Below are positions 28,450 through 40,135 of a DNA stretch of 64,000 nt, one piece after another (position 1 is the stretch's first letter; each line of letters opens with the position of its first letter). The position numbers and the translations under genes are program-made. The stretch covers positions 62,001 through 126,000 of the forward strand of contig JAUCBJ010002506.1 of NCBI GenBank assembly GCA_032718475.1, written 5' to 3'. Source of the DNA: Nemertoderma westbladi. Its lineage: Eukaryota; Animalia; Xenacoelomorpha. The notes beneath the pieces were generated by a model. The model searched no databases. It worked only from the letters and a program-made list of their open reading frames with translations, and was not told the origin of the DNA.

Positions 28450-30860
28450 GGATCTAGGACACTCCCCCCCCCCCCCCCCCCCCCCCCGGACAGTTCCCCC
28501 CGGACACTTCCCCCCCGGACACGGCCAGTTAAAGTGTTAAAATTAATCTGGGTGCATCAAAGCAATAAACAAAAGTTAAAGATGGTTTTTTCAAAATTAC
28601 AAAAGAAACATTTTTATAGTCAAATTTTGTTTGTTTTTCTTTTAAATGGGGGCTGCCGCCCCCAAACCCCCGCTTCTTTTGTTGGGGGCTGCCACCCCCA
28701 AACCACTGCTTCTTTTCTTGGGAGCTGCCGCCCCCAAACCCCCGCTTCTTTTTTTGGGGGCTACCGCCCCCAAACCCCGGCATTTCCCCGTGTGCCCGTG
28801 GTGAAAGACTTTGAGACGGTTTTGAGATAATCAATTCATGTTTGTATCATAATAAATTGACTAAGCCTAGACTAGGAGCTTTATTGAATGTTAACCAAAT
28901 TAATATATAAATTACTACAATATTATATAATTCAACAAAATCCTATTAAAAATATTGCAAGTAACCAGGAAATTTAATATGTAGTGTGTATATGTATAAT
29001 CTATCTGTAGTATGTGGGGCGAGCCACGAAGTTGGCGGAGCCTTAGCGAATTGACACTGTTAGGGGGTGGGTCAATTTATGCAAATAGTTGTCGTCGTCG
29101 TCGTCGTCGTCGTTGTCGTCGTCGTCGTTGTCGTCGTCGTCGTTGTCGTCGTCGTTACGATTTTGACATGCTAATAACTTTGTCGGATTTAAAGCTGCCA
29201 AGTTGAAAATTTGTAGGTATCAATATGAGCAAAAGTTGAGATTTTTGAGAGACTTTCAGACACCATCAGTGCAATGGTCTCCCGCTAGAGGGCCACATGT
29301 CTAAACATTAAATGGCCACCCATTTCTTTGCTTTTAATCCGTTTAAGCTGAAACTTGGGAAGTATGTACTAGACCATTAGCTGTAAATTTCAAAGGAGGC
29401 TAATCTGTCTGCAGTTCTCCAGTCTGCCGCTAGAGGGCGAAATGTCCCGAATGTGAAATTATTCTTCCATTTAGTTGTTTATGATCTGATTACGCTGAAA
29501 CTTGTCATATATGTACTAGATGACATCCTGAGTCTTTGTGTGGATTGTAATCGGTCCGAAGTTTTCCAGTCTCCCGCTAGAGGGCCACATGTCTAAACAT
29601 TAAATGGCCACCCATTTCTTTGCTTTTAATCCGTTTAAGCTGAAACTTGGGAAGTATGTACTAGACCATTAGCTGTAAATTTCAAAGGAGGCTAATCTGT
29701 CTGCAGTTCTCCAGTCTGCCGCTAGAGGGCGAAATGTCCCGAATGTGAAATTATTCTTCCATTTAGTTGTTTATGATCTGATTACGCTGAAACTTGTCAT
29801 ATATGTACTAGAAGACATCCTAAGTCTTTGTGTGGACAGTAATCGGTCCGGAGTTTTCGAGTCTGCCGCTAGAGGGCGAAATGTAGGAAAGTGATAACCT
29901 TTGCGAATTCCTTGATCTTAATCTATTTAAGCTGAATTTTGGAATATACAGTACCGGTATGTACTAGACCACATGCCTCGTCTTTGTGAGGAAGGTGATC
30001 GATCCGTAGTTCTTTAATATGCCGCTAGAGGGCTAAATGTATGAAAGTGAAAACCTTCCAACATTTCGTTATTTATGATCCGTCAATCGGAAACTTGGTA
30101 GATATGTAATAGACCATAGGATGTGGCTTTGTAGGGAAACTAATCCTTCCTTCTTCAGTTACCCAGTCTCCCGCTAGAGGGTTAACGTTTTCCGGGAAAA
30201 TCTTCTCCTATGTTTTTATAATCCTTTCGAGTTGATACTTAGCATTAACTCATTTCACGTGCTGCGCGAAGGCCCCACTTCGTGTATAGTAATATGTATT
30301 ATATCAATATGTAATGCTGAACACAGAATACAGGTCGACGCATGTCGATTTTACCCTGGAGAGGTATAATTTTCATTGCAACAATAATATTCATCCCAAT
30401 CTGCTACAATTTGAAGAAGACTATTACATAATAATACCTATAATTAAAACAATTAATTATTATAATTCTATAGTTAATAAAAACAGTATATCATTCGGGG
30501 GATGGAATTTATAGGTCATCTAATTAATTGTTTAAAGATTAGCAAACAATACGATGTAATTGCATTGATAAAACCCATAAATAAAACTTGGATATAAAAT
30601 GTAAAATCGGGATGCAAAAGATCACTTTCTGAGCTACGAAAAGAAAATTGGATACAACTTGTCTGGATACAAGCGGTCCGTTTACCTTACAAAATGAAAA
30701 ATACGAATGTGCGAAGTTAAGAACAGTCGGGGGGGAAATGTCTGGGGGGGAAGTGTTTGGGGGGGAAGTGTCCGGGGGGGAAGTGTCCGGGGGGGAAGTG
30801 TCCGGGGGGTAAGTCTCCTACTTGAGCGGGGGGGGGGGGGGGGGGGAGTGTCCGAACACC
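28450..30860. mobile_element. MULE-like foldback element with tandem subterminal repeats and a nested Helentron-like element
   Basis: Termini GGATCTAGGACAC / GTGTCCGAACACC, inverted CGGACACTTCCCCCC sub-repeats, and an 8-9-bp TSD (C)CCGGAAAG. Confidence 0.8.
29012..30286 (+). mobile_element. Helentron/HINE-like element with (GTC)n and seven internal units of about 146 bp
   Basis: Family ends as at 16305. (CGT)n at 29090-29155. Near-perfect 292-bp duplication made of alternating 145- and 147-bp subunits. Confidence 0.65.
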
Positions 30861-32347
30861 CCGGAAAGACCTCTAAATTAGACAGACACTGGTGCGTTCG
30901 TGCATTCGGTTGTTTTTAATGCTAGGAAAGGGAGTTCTTGTCCAAATTAATAAACAGCTCGGACGCTCTGAGTGCCATTAGTTGAACTTGAGATAAATTA
31001 CCTCCAATTATTAGAATTATGTTAAAGTATGCCAATTAACGACAAAGGGTTACCAGCTGTGGTCCACATTATCTATAAATCATCATAAATTAGTAGGAAT
31101 CCATCTGCTATGTGGTGGTATCAGTGGTGGGTGGAACCTAATGTCGCCTTCTTCCTCGTAATATGGTAAGGTCATCGTCCTGCAGGGCAGAGTGGCTTGT
31201 TTTTCTCGTCTGTAGCCAAGCAGGGTGATTGAACGATAATGCGTTACCCTCTCCACTTTACTTAGCCTATATACAGTTCATCCTCTCCTCCCATGTCACA
31301 TGGGCTTTGTAGTATGTTTGGAGTCATGAAGTGTTTGGGCTATTACTTGAATCCTTAATAGGCTTTCTGTCAAACAATAACAATTCGAATTGATAGCCCA
31401 CTGATTATGCAAACAAAAACGACAGACAGTTAATATTTTGTCAATATTGGAGGTCATTCAATAATTCTTATGAGAAGGCATGCAGTACAGTGTTATTGCT
31501 ATACATGGTTTAATATACCATAATTATTATATTTGGGTATTTACCTATTCTATGTGATTATTGTCCATCTGTTTTTTGGATTTCAATAAAGCACCAATTA
31601 TCGTCGTAAAATAAATTATATGATTTTAAAATATAATTTTGAACTTCAATTCATCATGTCGCACTTTATAAGAAATTTATTATTGGTGTTTTGGGTTAAT
31701 GAGTGGTTACATATTATTATACTTGATAAGAAAGAATACAGTTCCCGTCTTAATCGTTATTGTTGTAATCAGGTTTTATTAATTCGACTTGCATTGTAAT
31801 CTATTTAATAAAGTGCTAGATTACAATACTGTAAATACAAATTCGTACGATGGCTGATAACAAACATGAGAAATTATTCTTAATATATTTGCAATTAAAT
31901 TTTGTACGAATAGTCAAGAATAAAATAGCCTAGATATTTCCTATTAGCTTACCGGCTGCGCTAATCCACATGTAAGAAATTCAATATAATGTTTTGAATG
32001 TACAGTAGACCCGGGTTGCGGAAGGACTAAATCTTACAAAAGCAATATCATAAACAGAACTTCATATTTTGTCCGTTTTTTTTTACATTTTTTAATACTA
32101 TTTTTGATAGATTTTTTACGATTTAGGTGACCCTATGTCGGTACCCCTATCTGTATTACCGTCCTGGTAGACTACAAACTTAGGCGTATCCACTACCGGT
32201 AACTGGTTTACTGTATATTCAGTTCATTAGGTCACGATTTGCATATTAAATATACTTAATAAAATAATAACTTAATATAAATAAATTAAATTAAATATAA
32301 CTGCTATTCTATCACTGTATGCCTACTTTCCCTGCGTTGTTAACGAC

Positions 32348-32911
32348 GAAGTTAGGACAATTCTGACCCATTCAAAGATCGAATGAAATTTTCATGGGTC
32401 GGAATTGTCCGGGTCGGAATTGTCCGGATCCAAATAAATAAAAATAATTAATATAAATTACCGGTAATCAAAACAAAAATCTGTGTTCCAGAACACTAAT
32501 ATTTTTCTTAATTGATAGCTAGTATGTTTTAGAACATTTTCAAAAAAATAGCAAAATCTAGCTATAACCTGTACATATACTAATTCGTTTAGTGGTGTGC
32601 CCCTAACCTCTGGTACCGTATTCATGCACATTCTGCAAAATAATTCAACTGTATTTTTACATGGGATAACGCGATGGTACTGTCCAGAACGTCGAATATC
32701 ACATGGACACAGCAATCTTATGTTGAATAATAAAACAATGTAATGTTAAACAAAATTATTATTTATTATTATTATTATTATTAAATTATTTGGGTCGGAA
32801 TTGTCCTATGCTGGATCCGGACAATTCCGACCCATGAAAATTTCATTCGAGCTCTGAGTGGGTCGGAATTGTCCGGGTCGCAATTGTCCTGGTCGGAATT
32901 GTCCGTACACC
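32348..32911. mobile_element. MULE-like MITE with 9-bp TSD
   Basis: GGACAATTC(C/T)GACCC sub-repeats in both orientations. TSD GTTAACGAC at 32339-32347 and 32912-32920. Confidence 0.85.
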
Positions 32912-33857
32912 GTTAACGACATTGCTTTTTGTTTTGGTTAGAAAAGTTGGCCGCCGCAACCTGCTACTTCCCTCCTTTTTTAATGACATTGGTTTAGATA
33001 GAAAAGCCTAAATGTCCCTGAAACCAGAAAAATCCACCCTCTAACCTGCTCCTTTCTCGAAAAAGTTAATAAAAACTTTGGAACACTTTCCAGGTTCAGC
33101 TAACTGGCCCTTCTATTCCCCAATATCAATGTCCAAATTCTGATAGAACAATTAATTAATCCATTTTGTTGTAATTATAGCTATTACTTTCCGTTATCTT
33201 TTATTGTCCAGGACTTTGATCAACGCAATTATTATTATATTTGCCCAACTCGATTTAGTTTGTATACTTTGTACAAGTTCAGTTCTAGGGTACAGATACT
33301 TCTAACGCTTTCAATATGCAGAACAAATATTGAATATTATTACAAAATAGATACATTCGCAGTCACAATGCACGCGAACAACGGAACGGAATAGTAGTCA
33401 ATCTAGCATAAAACCCAAAAGCAATTCAACCCGAACCACATTTTTTTATTCTCTATACTTTGTGTTAAATTAAATAAAAGTATATTCAAATTATTTTTGT
33501 TTATCATATAATTATTTACTGAAATTCTTCGCGAAGACAAATAAAATGTACAAACTACAACCACCGCATTAAGGCACTTACAAAGTATTGACATTAAAAT
33601 TCATAACAAATTTTAAGATCATTTGTATTGTATTGTATTGTATTGTATAGGGTTTTAGGGCCCACCAGAGTTTTTGCTGTTATATTTCACTTTGCAGTTT
33701 ACCCCCATGTGAAGAATACCAGGTTTTCACTAAAACAATAAGAATAATTAATCACAGAATAAATAAGCGCTATAAAACACTGAAAACGTTAAAACCTGGT
33801 ATTCTAATTAAGCAACGCTTACCGGAGTAAAGTAGCATTAATTTAACTATAATGAAC

Positions 33858-35380
33858 GATTCCCCGTACTTAGTTCCAATTTAAGCCTCATGCGAATTTA
33901 GTTCCAATCGCAACGAATTTAGTTCCAATTTAGGCGAACTTAGTTCCAATAACTAGAGAAAAACGAAAACGAATTTAGTTCCAATGCATGCGAATTTAGT
34001 TCCAATGTATGCGAATTTAGTTCCAATGTATGCGAATTTAGTTCCAATGGAAGCGAATTTAGTTCCAATGGATGCGAATTTAGTTCCAATGGATGCGAAT
34101 TTAGTTCCAATGGAAGCGAATTTAGTTCCATTAGAAGCGAATTTAGTTCCAATTCAGGCGAACTTAGTTCCAATAACTAGAGAAAAACGAAAACGAATTT
34201 AGTTCCAATGGATGCAAATTTAGTTCCAATGGATGCGAATTTAGTTCCAATGGATGCGCATTTAGTTCCAATGCATGCGAATTTAGTTCCAATGGAAGCG
34301 AATTTAGTTCCAATGGAAGCGAATTTAGTTCCAATGGAAGCGAATTTAGTTCCAATGGATGCGAATTTAGTTCCAATGGATGCGAATTTAGTTCCATTAG
34401 AAGCGAATTTAGTTCCAATTCAGGCGAACTTAGTTCCAATAACTAGAGAAAAACGAAAACGAATTTAGTTCCAATGGATGCAAATTTAGTTCCAATGGAT
34501 GCGAATTTAGTTCCAATGGATGCGCATTTAGTTCCAATGCATGCGAATTTAGTTCCAATGGAAGCGAATTTAGTTCCAATGGAAGCGAATTTAGTTCCAA
34601 TGGATGCGAATTTAGTTCCAATGGAAGCGAATTTAGTTCCAATGTTTCAGGTGTGGGGCGAACCACGTAGTTGGTGAAGAATCTGTTTAATGAATGACAC
34701 TATTAGGTGGATGGTTAAATAATAATTGTAAATAATTAACCCAAAACGCCCACTCCTAACCAAAACAATCTTATCCCAAACAACGCCCAACCTCTTAACC
34801 CAAACAATTAAATTTATATATTTAATCATTTAAAATTATATAATATGTATATACTATATATACTGTAATATGTAATATGTAAAAAAACAACGCCAAGCTC
34901 TTAACCCAAACTACGACCAACCTCCTAACCCGAATAATGCCCATCCACCTAAACCGAAACAACTGGTAAATATTGTATTTGGTGTGAAAATGGCACAATG
35001 TGTATAACTTGGAGAATATAATACAGACTCAGTCAGTCAGTATCAGTATACTCGTGATTAATATATATTTCAAAATGTGTAATTATAGATTTAATTCATT
35101 AATAATAATTCGTTTTTTAATAATGACAGAAGGGTTTTACAATTATTTACAATTATTGTTGACCCTGACCCACCCCAAATAGTGGCAATAATCAATAGGC
35201 TTCGCCTACTACGTGGCTATCGCCACGATTGAAACATTGGAACTAACTTCGTACTCATTGGAACTAAATTCGCTTCCATTGAAACTAAATTCGCATGCAT
35301 TGGAACTAAATTCGCATGCATTGGAACTAAATTCGCTTCCATTGGAACTAAATTCGCATGCATTGGAACTAAATTCGCAT
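33858..35380. mobile_element. Foldback element with arms of a 21-bp repeat (GCGAATTTAGTTCCAATGGAA)n
   Basis: Forward array 33869-34645 with 224/266-bp higher-order blocks and an inverted array 35231-35380. A second family member starts at 63398. Confidence 0.75.
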
Positions 35381-35862
35381 ACATACATACTATATTAACT
35401 ATATTTTCTGGTGCTTAATAATAATAATAATAATAATAATAAATTTAACTATAATGTATTGCATAGCAATAAATTGTTCTGTACATAAACAAATGTAATA
35501 AAGAAAAAACAAAAGATAATTTATTGCAAACGCAAGTACGGAATAAGTTTAATAAGTGAGTTGGATTGAGTTGCATTTATTCCGGTATATCCTGGGCTGT
35601 ATGGTTTGTCCGGATTGCTGCCCAAAAATGTGTCAAAATTACCTTTGAAATTGAAAGTGTCGAGGGAATAATCAGACATCGGAGCACAAAGAAACGGCCC
35701 CTACAAGTTATCATTATTATGTATTCCAGTAAGTTGTTTTTATTTTGTGATCAGTAAGATTTGGGAACTTTGTTATTTAATATTTTCCAGATGTATTATT
35801 ATTAGGTACCTTTCAAGTGAATTTATAATATAATATATTTAAGAATAGACGTGTGTTGCGCG

Positions 35863-37104
35863 TTGCGCAATCATTAGTTTTTAATTATTTAATGATGCAA
35901 TATTTTATTATCAGTATTCAGTGCTAACCTCGCTGATAGCTGTTGTGAGATTGCCGTTACACACATCTGCCCGCAAATCTAGAATTATTAGGAACTGGCA
36001 GCTCCGAGCTGAGATGTTAGTATTAGATAAAGGAAAGAATTTGGGGAGGGGCGATCCTCAGCGTCCAGGGTATTTTCCATTCTCCTTGAAATTCATCCCT
36101 AACACCCAACTAGTTGATGCGATGCTTGTACAGATAGGTCTCTGACCGCTGGGGCAAGGAATGATTTGCCAACAGTTTCCTATCAAATAATCAAGGCTCT
36201 TCTACTTGGTTCTCTTGCCTGCGGTTGTTATGACGTTTCAGTGAATAGCCAATCACATCACTTTCCAGCCATCAACTAACTGCAAGCTAAGAAAAAATGT
36301 TCGCCCAGCTGGGTGGCACTGTTATATGGTTGGCTGATGCAATTATGGGCTGATGCTTGAATCCTGGATTGTGGTTGGCTGTCTTTATGGTACAGTGGCC
36401 TTATTATAACCTTGGAACACAGCGCCCCTTAGACTCATTGTGCATATCAGCTGGGTATGCTGTATATGTGCCAGGGCTGTGTTGTGGTTAACTACTTGAT
36501 TTCGTAATCATTATCATATTAATCTACTAATGCAGTAGAACATTTACATAGTTCGCATTGTGTAATACTGTAGCAGTAAACTGATTTTGGCTTGCGCTCT
36601 GCAACCCTTTAATTTACTGTATGTACTTTGTACAGCCGATTGTGAACTCACATTTGAGTATTAGATCCACCCCCACCCCACCCCATTCATACCGTATCTA
36701 ATCTATAATATTTTTAACCTAACCCACCGTTGCGGTGTGATGGTCCTTTAATGTGCATATTCCAGTATTCACCTTCAACCTAACACCTAGTTTGTAGTTC
36801 ATTGTTATAGGCCTACCTGCCTAGTAATAATATAATACATGGCAAATTAAATGTCATAGATTATAACAATATAACAAGTACTGTAGGCCTACAAACTCTA
36901 TTCAACTACCTAGCTGCCTAGCTCCACAGAAATCTTCGCACATACATCTGCTTGTCATGGTGATGTAACTTACGCTTAGGTGCGAGCTATTATTTGATAG
37001 GGCACTAGGGCAGTGCCTTAGTTACCATTCCATGTTACGTTTATCACTCGGGAGATTGTGCTTGCTAGCTCTATGACGGTGCGATGCTGACTGGCTGATG
37101 CAAT
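35863..37104 (+). promoter_or_regulatory. Cluster of C/EBP-ATF (CARE/AARE-like) elements upstream of sestrin
   Basis: TGATGCAAT at 35893, 36335 and 37096; TGATGTAAC at 36961; TTGCGCAAT at 35863. Confidence 0.5.
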
Positions 37105-37907
37105 CTATTCAGTGATTTTGGCATTACAATTAATTCAACCATTATGCGGTCCCTCCCTATTCTCGGCAGGTTAGGGGAAAAACTCATTCAGTGTAGTTCC
37201 TTTACTTGTGATATCCAATCATCTAATAGACAAAATGTGATTCGCTGGCTGGTGCCATTGGAACATTAATGGGAGGAGTTCTCATTTTGCTGCCCAGCTA
37301 GGGTTTTTCCTGGTATTAGATTCCAAACAGCCAAATATGCGTGTCAGTTGTTGAAACTGGGATATACCGTAATTCCGTGGACGTAACAATATATACCTAT
37401 ACATTATGTCAGTATGTACCTAGTAACAAACCCATTGCCATTTAGATATTAGTTATTACTGCGCGGTCTACCCTTCGCCTCGCCCCGTTATGTATCCTTG
37501 GTTATCCTGTCAGTTGGTCAGTCTTTGTGTCAACAAGCCACTGTCACTTGCTGCTAACTGACTACAGGACTAATGTCAACATGACCAAACCACCACGCAT
37601 GACGCATTTTATCAGTTTATATGTGCTATAAACTAATGTACCAACATTAGTGATGGGCTTTGTATGGTATATTGGCTTCAGATTTGTTTTTGTAAATTTG
37701 GTTACTGTAAATGTAACTTGTAACTATTTCTGTATATAAGTAAGTGTAAGTAACTGTAACGTTGGTATATTCGCTACCGGTAGGCTGTTTGTTTATTTGT
37801 GTTATGCTGTTATGCGATATTATATTTTGGAGCGCATGTCTTCCGCCCGCCAACGTACTGGGTTATTGATTTAAAATAGCCAAACAGTTTGTTGTTACGT
37901 CGTTGCC

Positions 37908-39539
37908 ATGACGGCGACACAATCACCCACAGACTACATCTTCTTGGACGTGTTTCGAGGGGATACCGAGGTCAAGCGGGAAGGGGCCATGTCGCGAATC
38001 CGAACGGCTATATCGTGCAGCACAGTGGCCGAGCGTCCCGGTATACAGGATATTCTGCCGGTTATCCTTCGTCTCTCAGTGCAGTCGCCCTTCAAGGACG
38101 TCCGCGAGGGCTGCCACTCGATCCTACAGATCGCTCGCACCCTCGGGTTCAATCTCCCTAAACCCGCGACCACGGTCTCCAAGTTCATACCCCCGTCGGG
38201 GTACGACTCGCGGGACGCGGAGGTCCCCGTCCCCGGGGACACCGACACCGAGGAGGTACACGGCTACTACGTGGACCTCTACAAACTGTCTGGACGCGTG
38301 GACAACGTCATACAGGTGCTGGCCCTGCATCCGCGATACCTACGATGCTTCCTAGAGGCGCACGCCTTCCTGGTGACTGGTAAGCAGTCGCCGTTGTTGT
38401 TTAAGGAGCGGGAGTTTATTGGGTTGATAGCCGCGAGTAGGATGAAGTGCGATCCGTTGCAGGAGTTGCAGAAACAGCGGTTCCTAGCCGCTGGTGGGTC
38501 GCGGGAATGGCTGGACGAAGAGTTGCGAGACGGTTACCGCTGTCTGTCGCAGCTCGATAGAGTGCTCGCCTACAGACCATGGTTGCTAGGGAACAAGGAG
38601 ACCTCTGAGTTGCTACGCACGTTGCGGAAGACCTTTCATAACCAGAAGTTGGTACACGCGGGGGTGCTTCTGTGTCACTTCCACTGTCTGGCCGGGTTGT
38701 ACCACGGTTGCGGTGTCAATGTAGAGATCGACTTCCCGGGGGGTTGGAAATTCGATAGGAATCACTCGCCTCCTGTGGGGGGCGATTCGCCGCCTCACAG
38801 CGGACGCAGGTTGTCTGTGAGCGACCCGTTGGGCGGCGGGATGCTGAACGGGCACGACGGCGGCGGGGACGAGCAACTGCAGTTGGTACAGATGATGCGG
38901 GATTCTGTGTCGACGCAGAGCAGTAAGGGGATCTCCCGGGAGGAGAATCGGCGGGCGTTCAGCGCGTTGGGACGGGGGGGCGTGAGTCCGACGAGTCCGA
39001 GCGACGGGGGGCGGGCCGCGGGGGGCCGACAGGGGGCTTCGAGGTACGCGGTCAGCACCGAGTACGGGTACGTGGACCCGGAAGTCTGCGACGAGAATAC
39101 CACGACGGCGAACGCGGAATGGCATTGGGAGTCGCACGGCTACGGGATCCTCGAGAAGTACATGGACGAGTTGCCGCTGCTAATGGAAGCGCGTTTCGAA
39201 CGCGCCCAGAGACTCACCTACTTCAACATCGGTGAGTGGGCGGAGAGGGAGGACACAATACCTTTCCGCAACGCCGTCTGGTACTTCGTTCACCGTCTCT
39301 TCGGCATCCTCCACGACAACTTCAACTACAAGAACAGTGAGCTTCTTCTCAATCCCAAGATCAAGCGTTACATCACGCTGGTCGCCTGTCAGCCCCACAA
39401 GGTTTGCTACAAGGACTACTCGCAAGGCCGCGGTAATTTATTCAGACACTCGGAAATGGTGCACATAAATATTATGATCATGGAGGCCAAACTCCAAGCT
39501 CAGCTTCTCTACTTCCTAAAAGCTATCTCCTTATGGTAA
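37908..39539 (+). CDS. SESN: Sestrin (PA26 family)-like protein, single exon, 543 aa
   Basis: GRVDNVIQVLALHPRYL, IGLIAASRMKC, LAYRPWL, LVHAGVLLCHFHCL, WESHGY, LTY, FRNAVWYF, FRHSEMVHINIMIMEAKLQAQLLYFLKAI. AATAAA at 39981. Confidence 0.93.
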   Translation: MTATQSPTDYIFLDVFRGDTEVKREGAMSRIRTAISCSTVAERPGIQDILPVILRLSVQSPFKDVREGCHSILQIARTLGFNLPKPATTVSKFIPPSGYDSRDAEVPVPGDTDTEEVHGYYVDLYKLSGRVDNVIQVLALHPRYLRCFLEAHAFLVTGKQSPLLFKEREFIGLIAASRMKCDPLQELQKQRFLAAGGSREWLDEELRDGYRCLSQLDRVLAYRPWLLGNKETSELLRTLRKTFHNQKLVHAGVLLCHFHCLAGLYHGCGVNVEIDFPGGWKFDRNHSPPVGGDSPPHSGRRLSVSDPLGGGMLNGHDGGGDEQLQLVQMMRDSVSTQSSKGISREENRRAFSALGRGGVSPTSPSDGGRAAGGRQGASRYAVSTEYGYVDPEVCDENTTTANAEWHWESHGYGILEKYMDELPLLMEARFERAQRLTYFNIGEWAEREDTIPFRNAVWYFVHRLFGILHDNFNYKNSELLLNPKIKRYITLVACQPHKVCYKDYSQGRGNLFRHSEMVHINIMIMEAKLQAQLLYFLKAISLW

Positions 39540-40095
39540 AACTTATTTCTTCTTTTTTTTAATAGTCTCATTTATATATTATATTTTAATTCAATTATAA
39601 TGAAAGCAATTATTGTCATTATTGATTATGTTGGCTATAAGATATGAGAATTTGGGAATAGTAAGAAGACTTGCGGATGTAATGTTGTCTCGACTGCCAT
39701 ATTGAACTGCGTTTCGGTAAATAGGATTTATTTAGCGTACAAAATTGTCAAATGTGTAAATATATATTATTCCATGATAGGTTCCTTATTGCATTGTTGT
39801 TTGTGTTAGCGGACTTTTTTTTGTATGTTCTACTGTCAGCCCATCGCATTATTACCAAGTCGGCAAGTAAGTAGTCAATGTTGTTAGCGTGTATAGTGAA
39901 CTGTGGTAATATACCAATACTGCTATACTAACTATATCGTTATAATAGTAATATTATTACTTTGTAAAATTAAAATTATTAATAAAAAATATATTTATAG
40001 GTATTCCAAGTTGGTATAATAATTATTGAGTTTTCAAATTCCAATTAGTTCAGAAGTCCAGTCCCGGGGATTTAAATCTGAAAATTGCGTACATC

Positions 40096-40135
40096 CATGG
40101 AATGCTATATAGAGATCTCTATATAGCATTCCATG
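40096..40135. mobile_element. 40-bp perfect palindrome with 7-bp TSD (P-element-like ends)
   Basis: CATGGAATGCTATATAGAGA|TCTCTATATAGCATTCCATG flanked by GTACATC on both sides. Confidence 0.7.
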
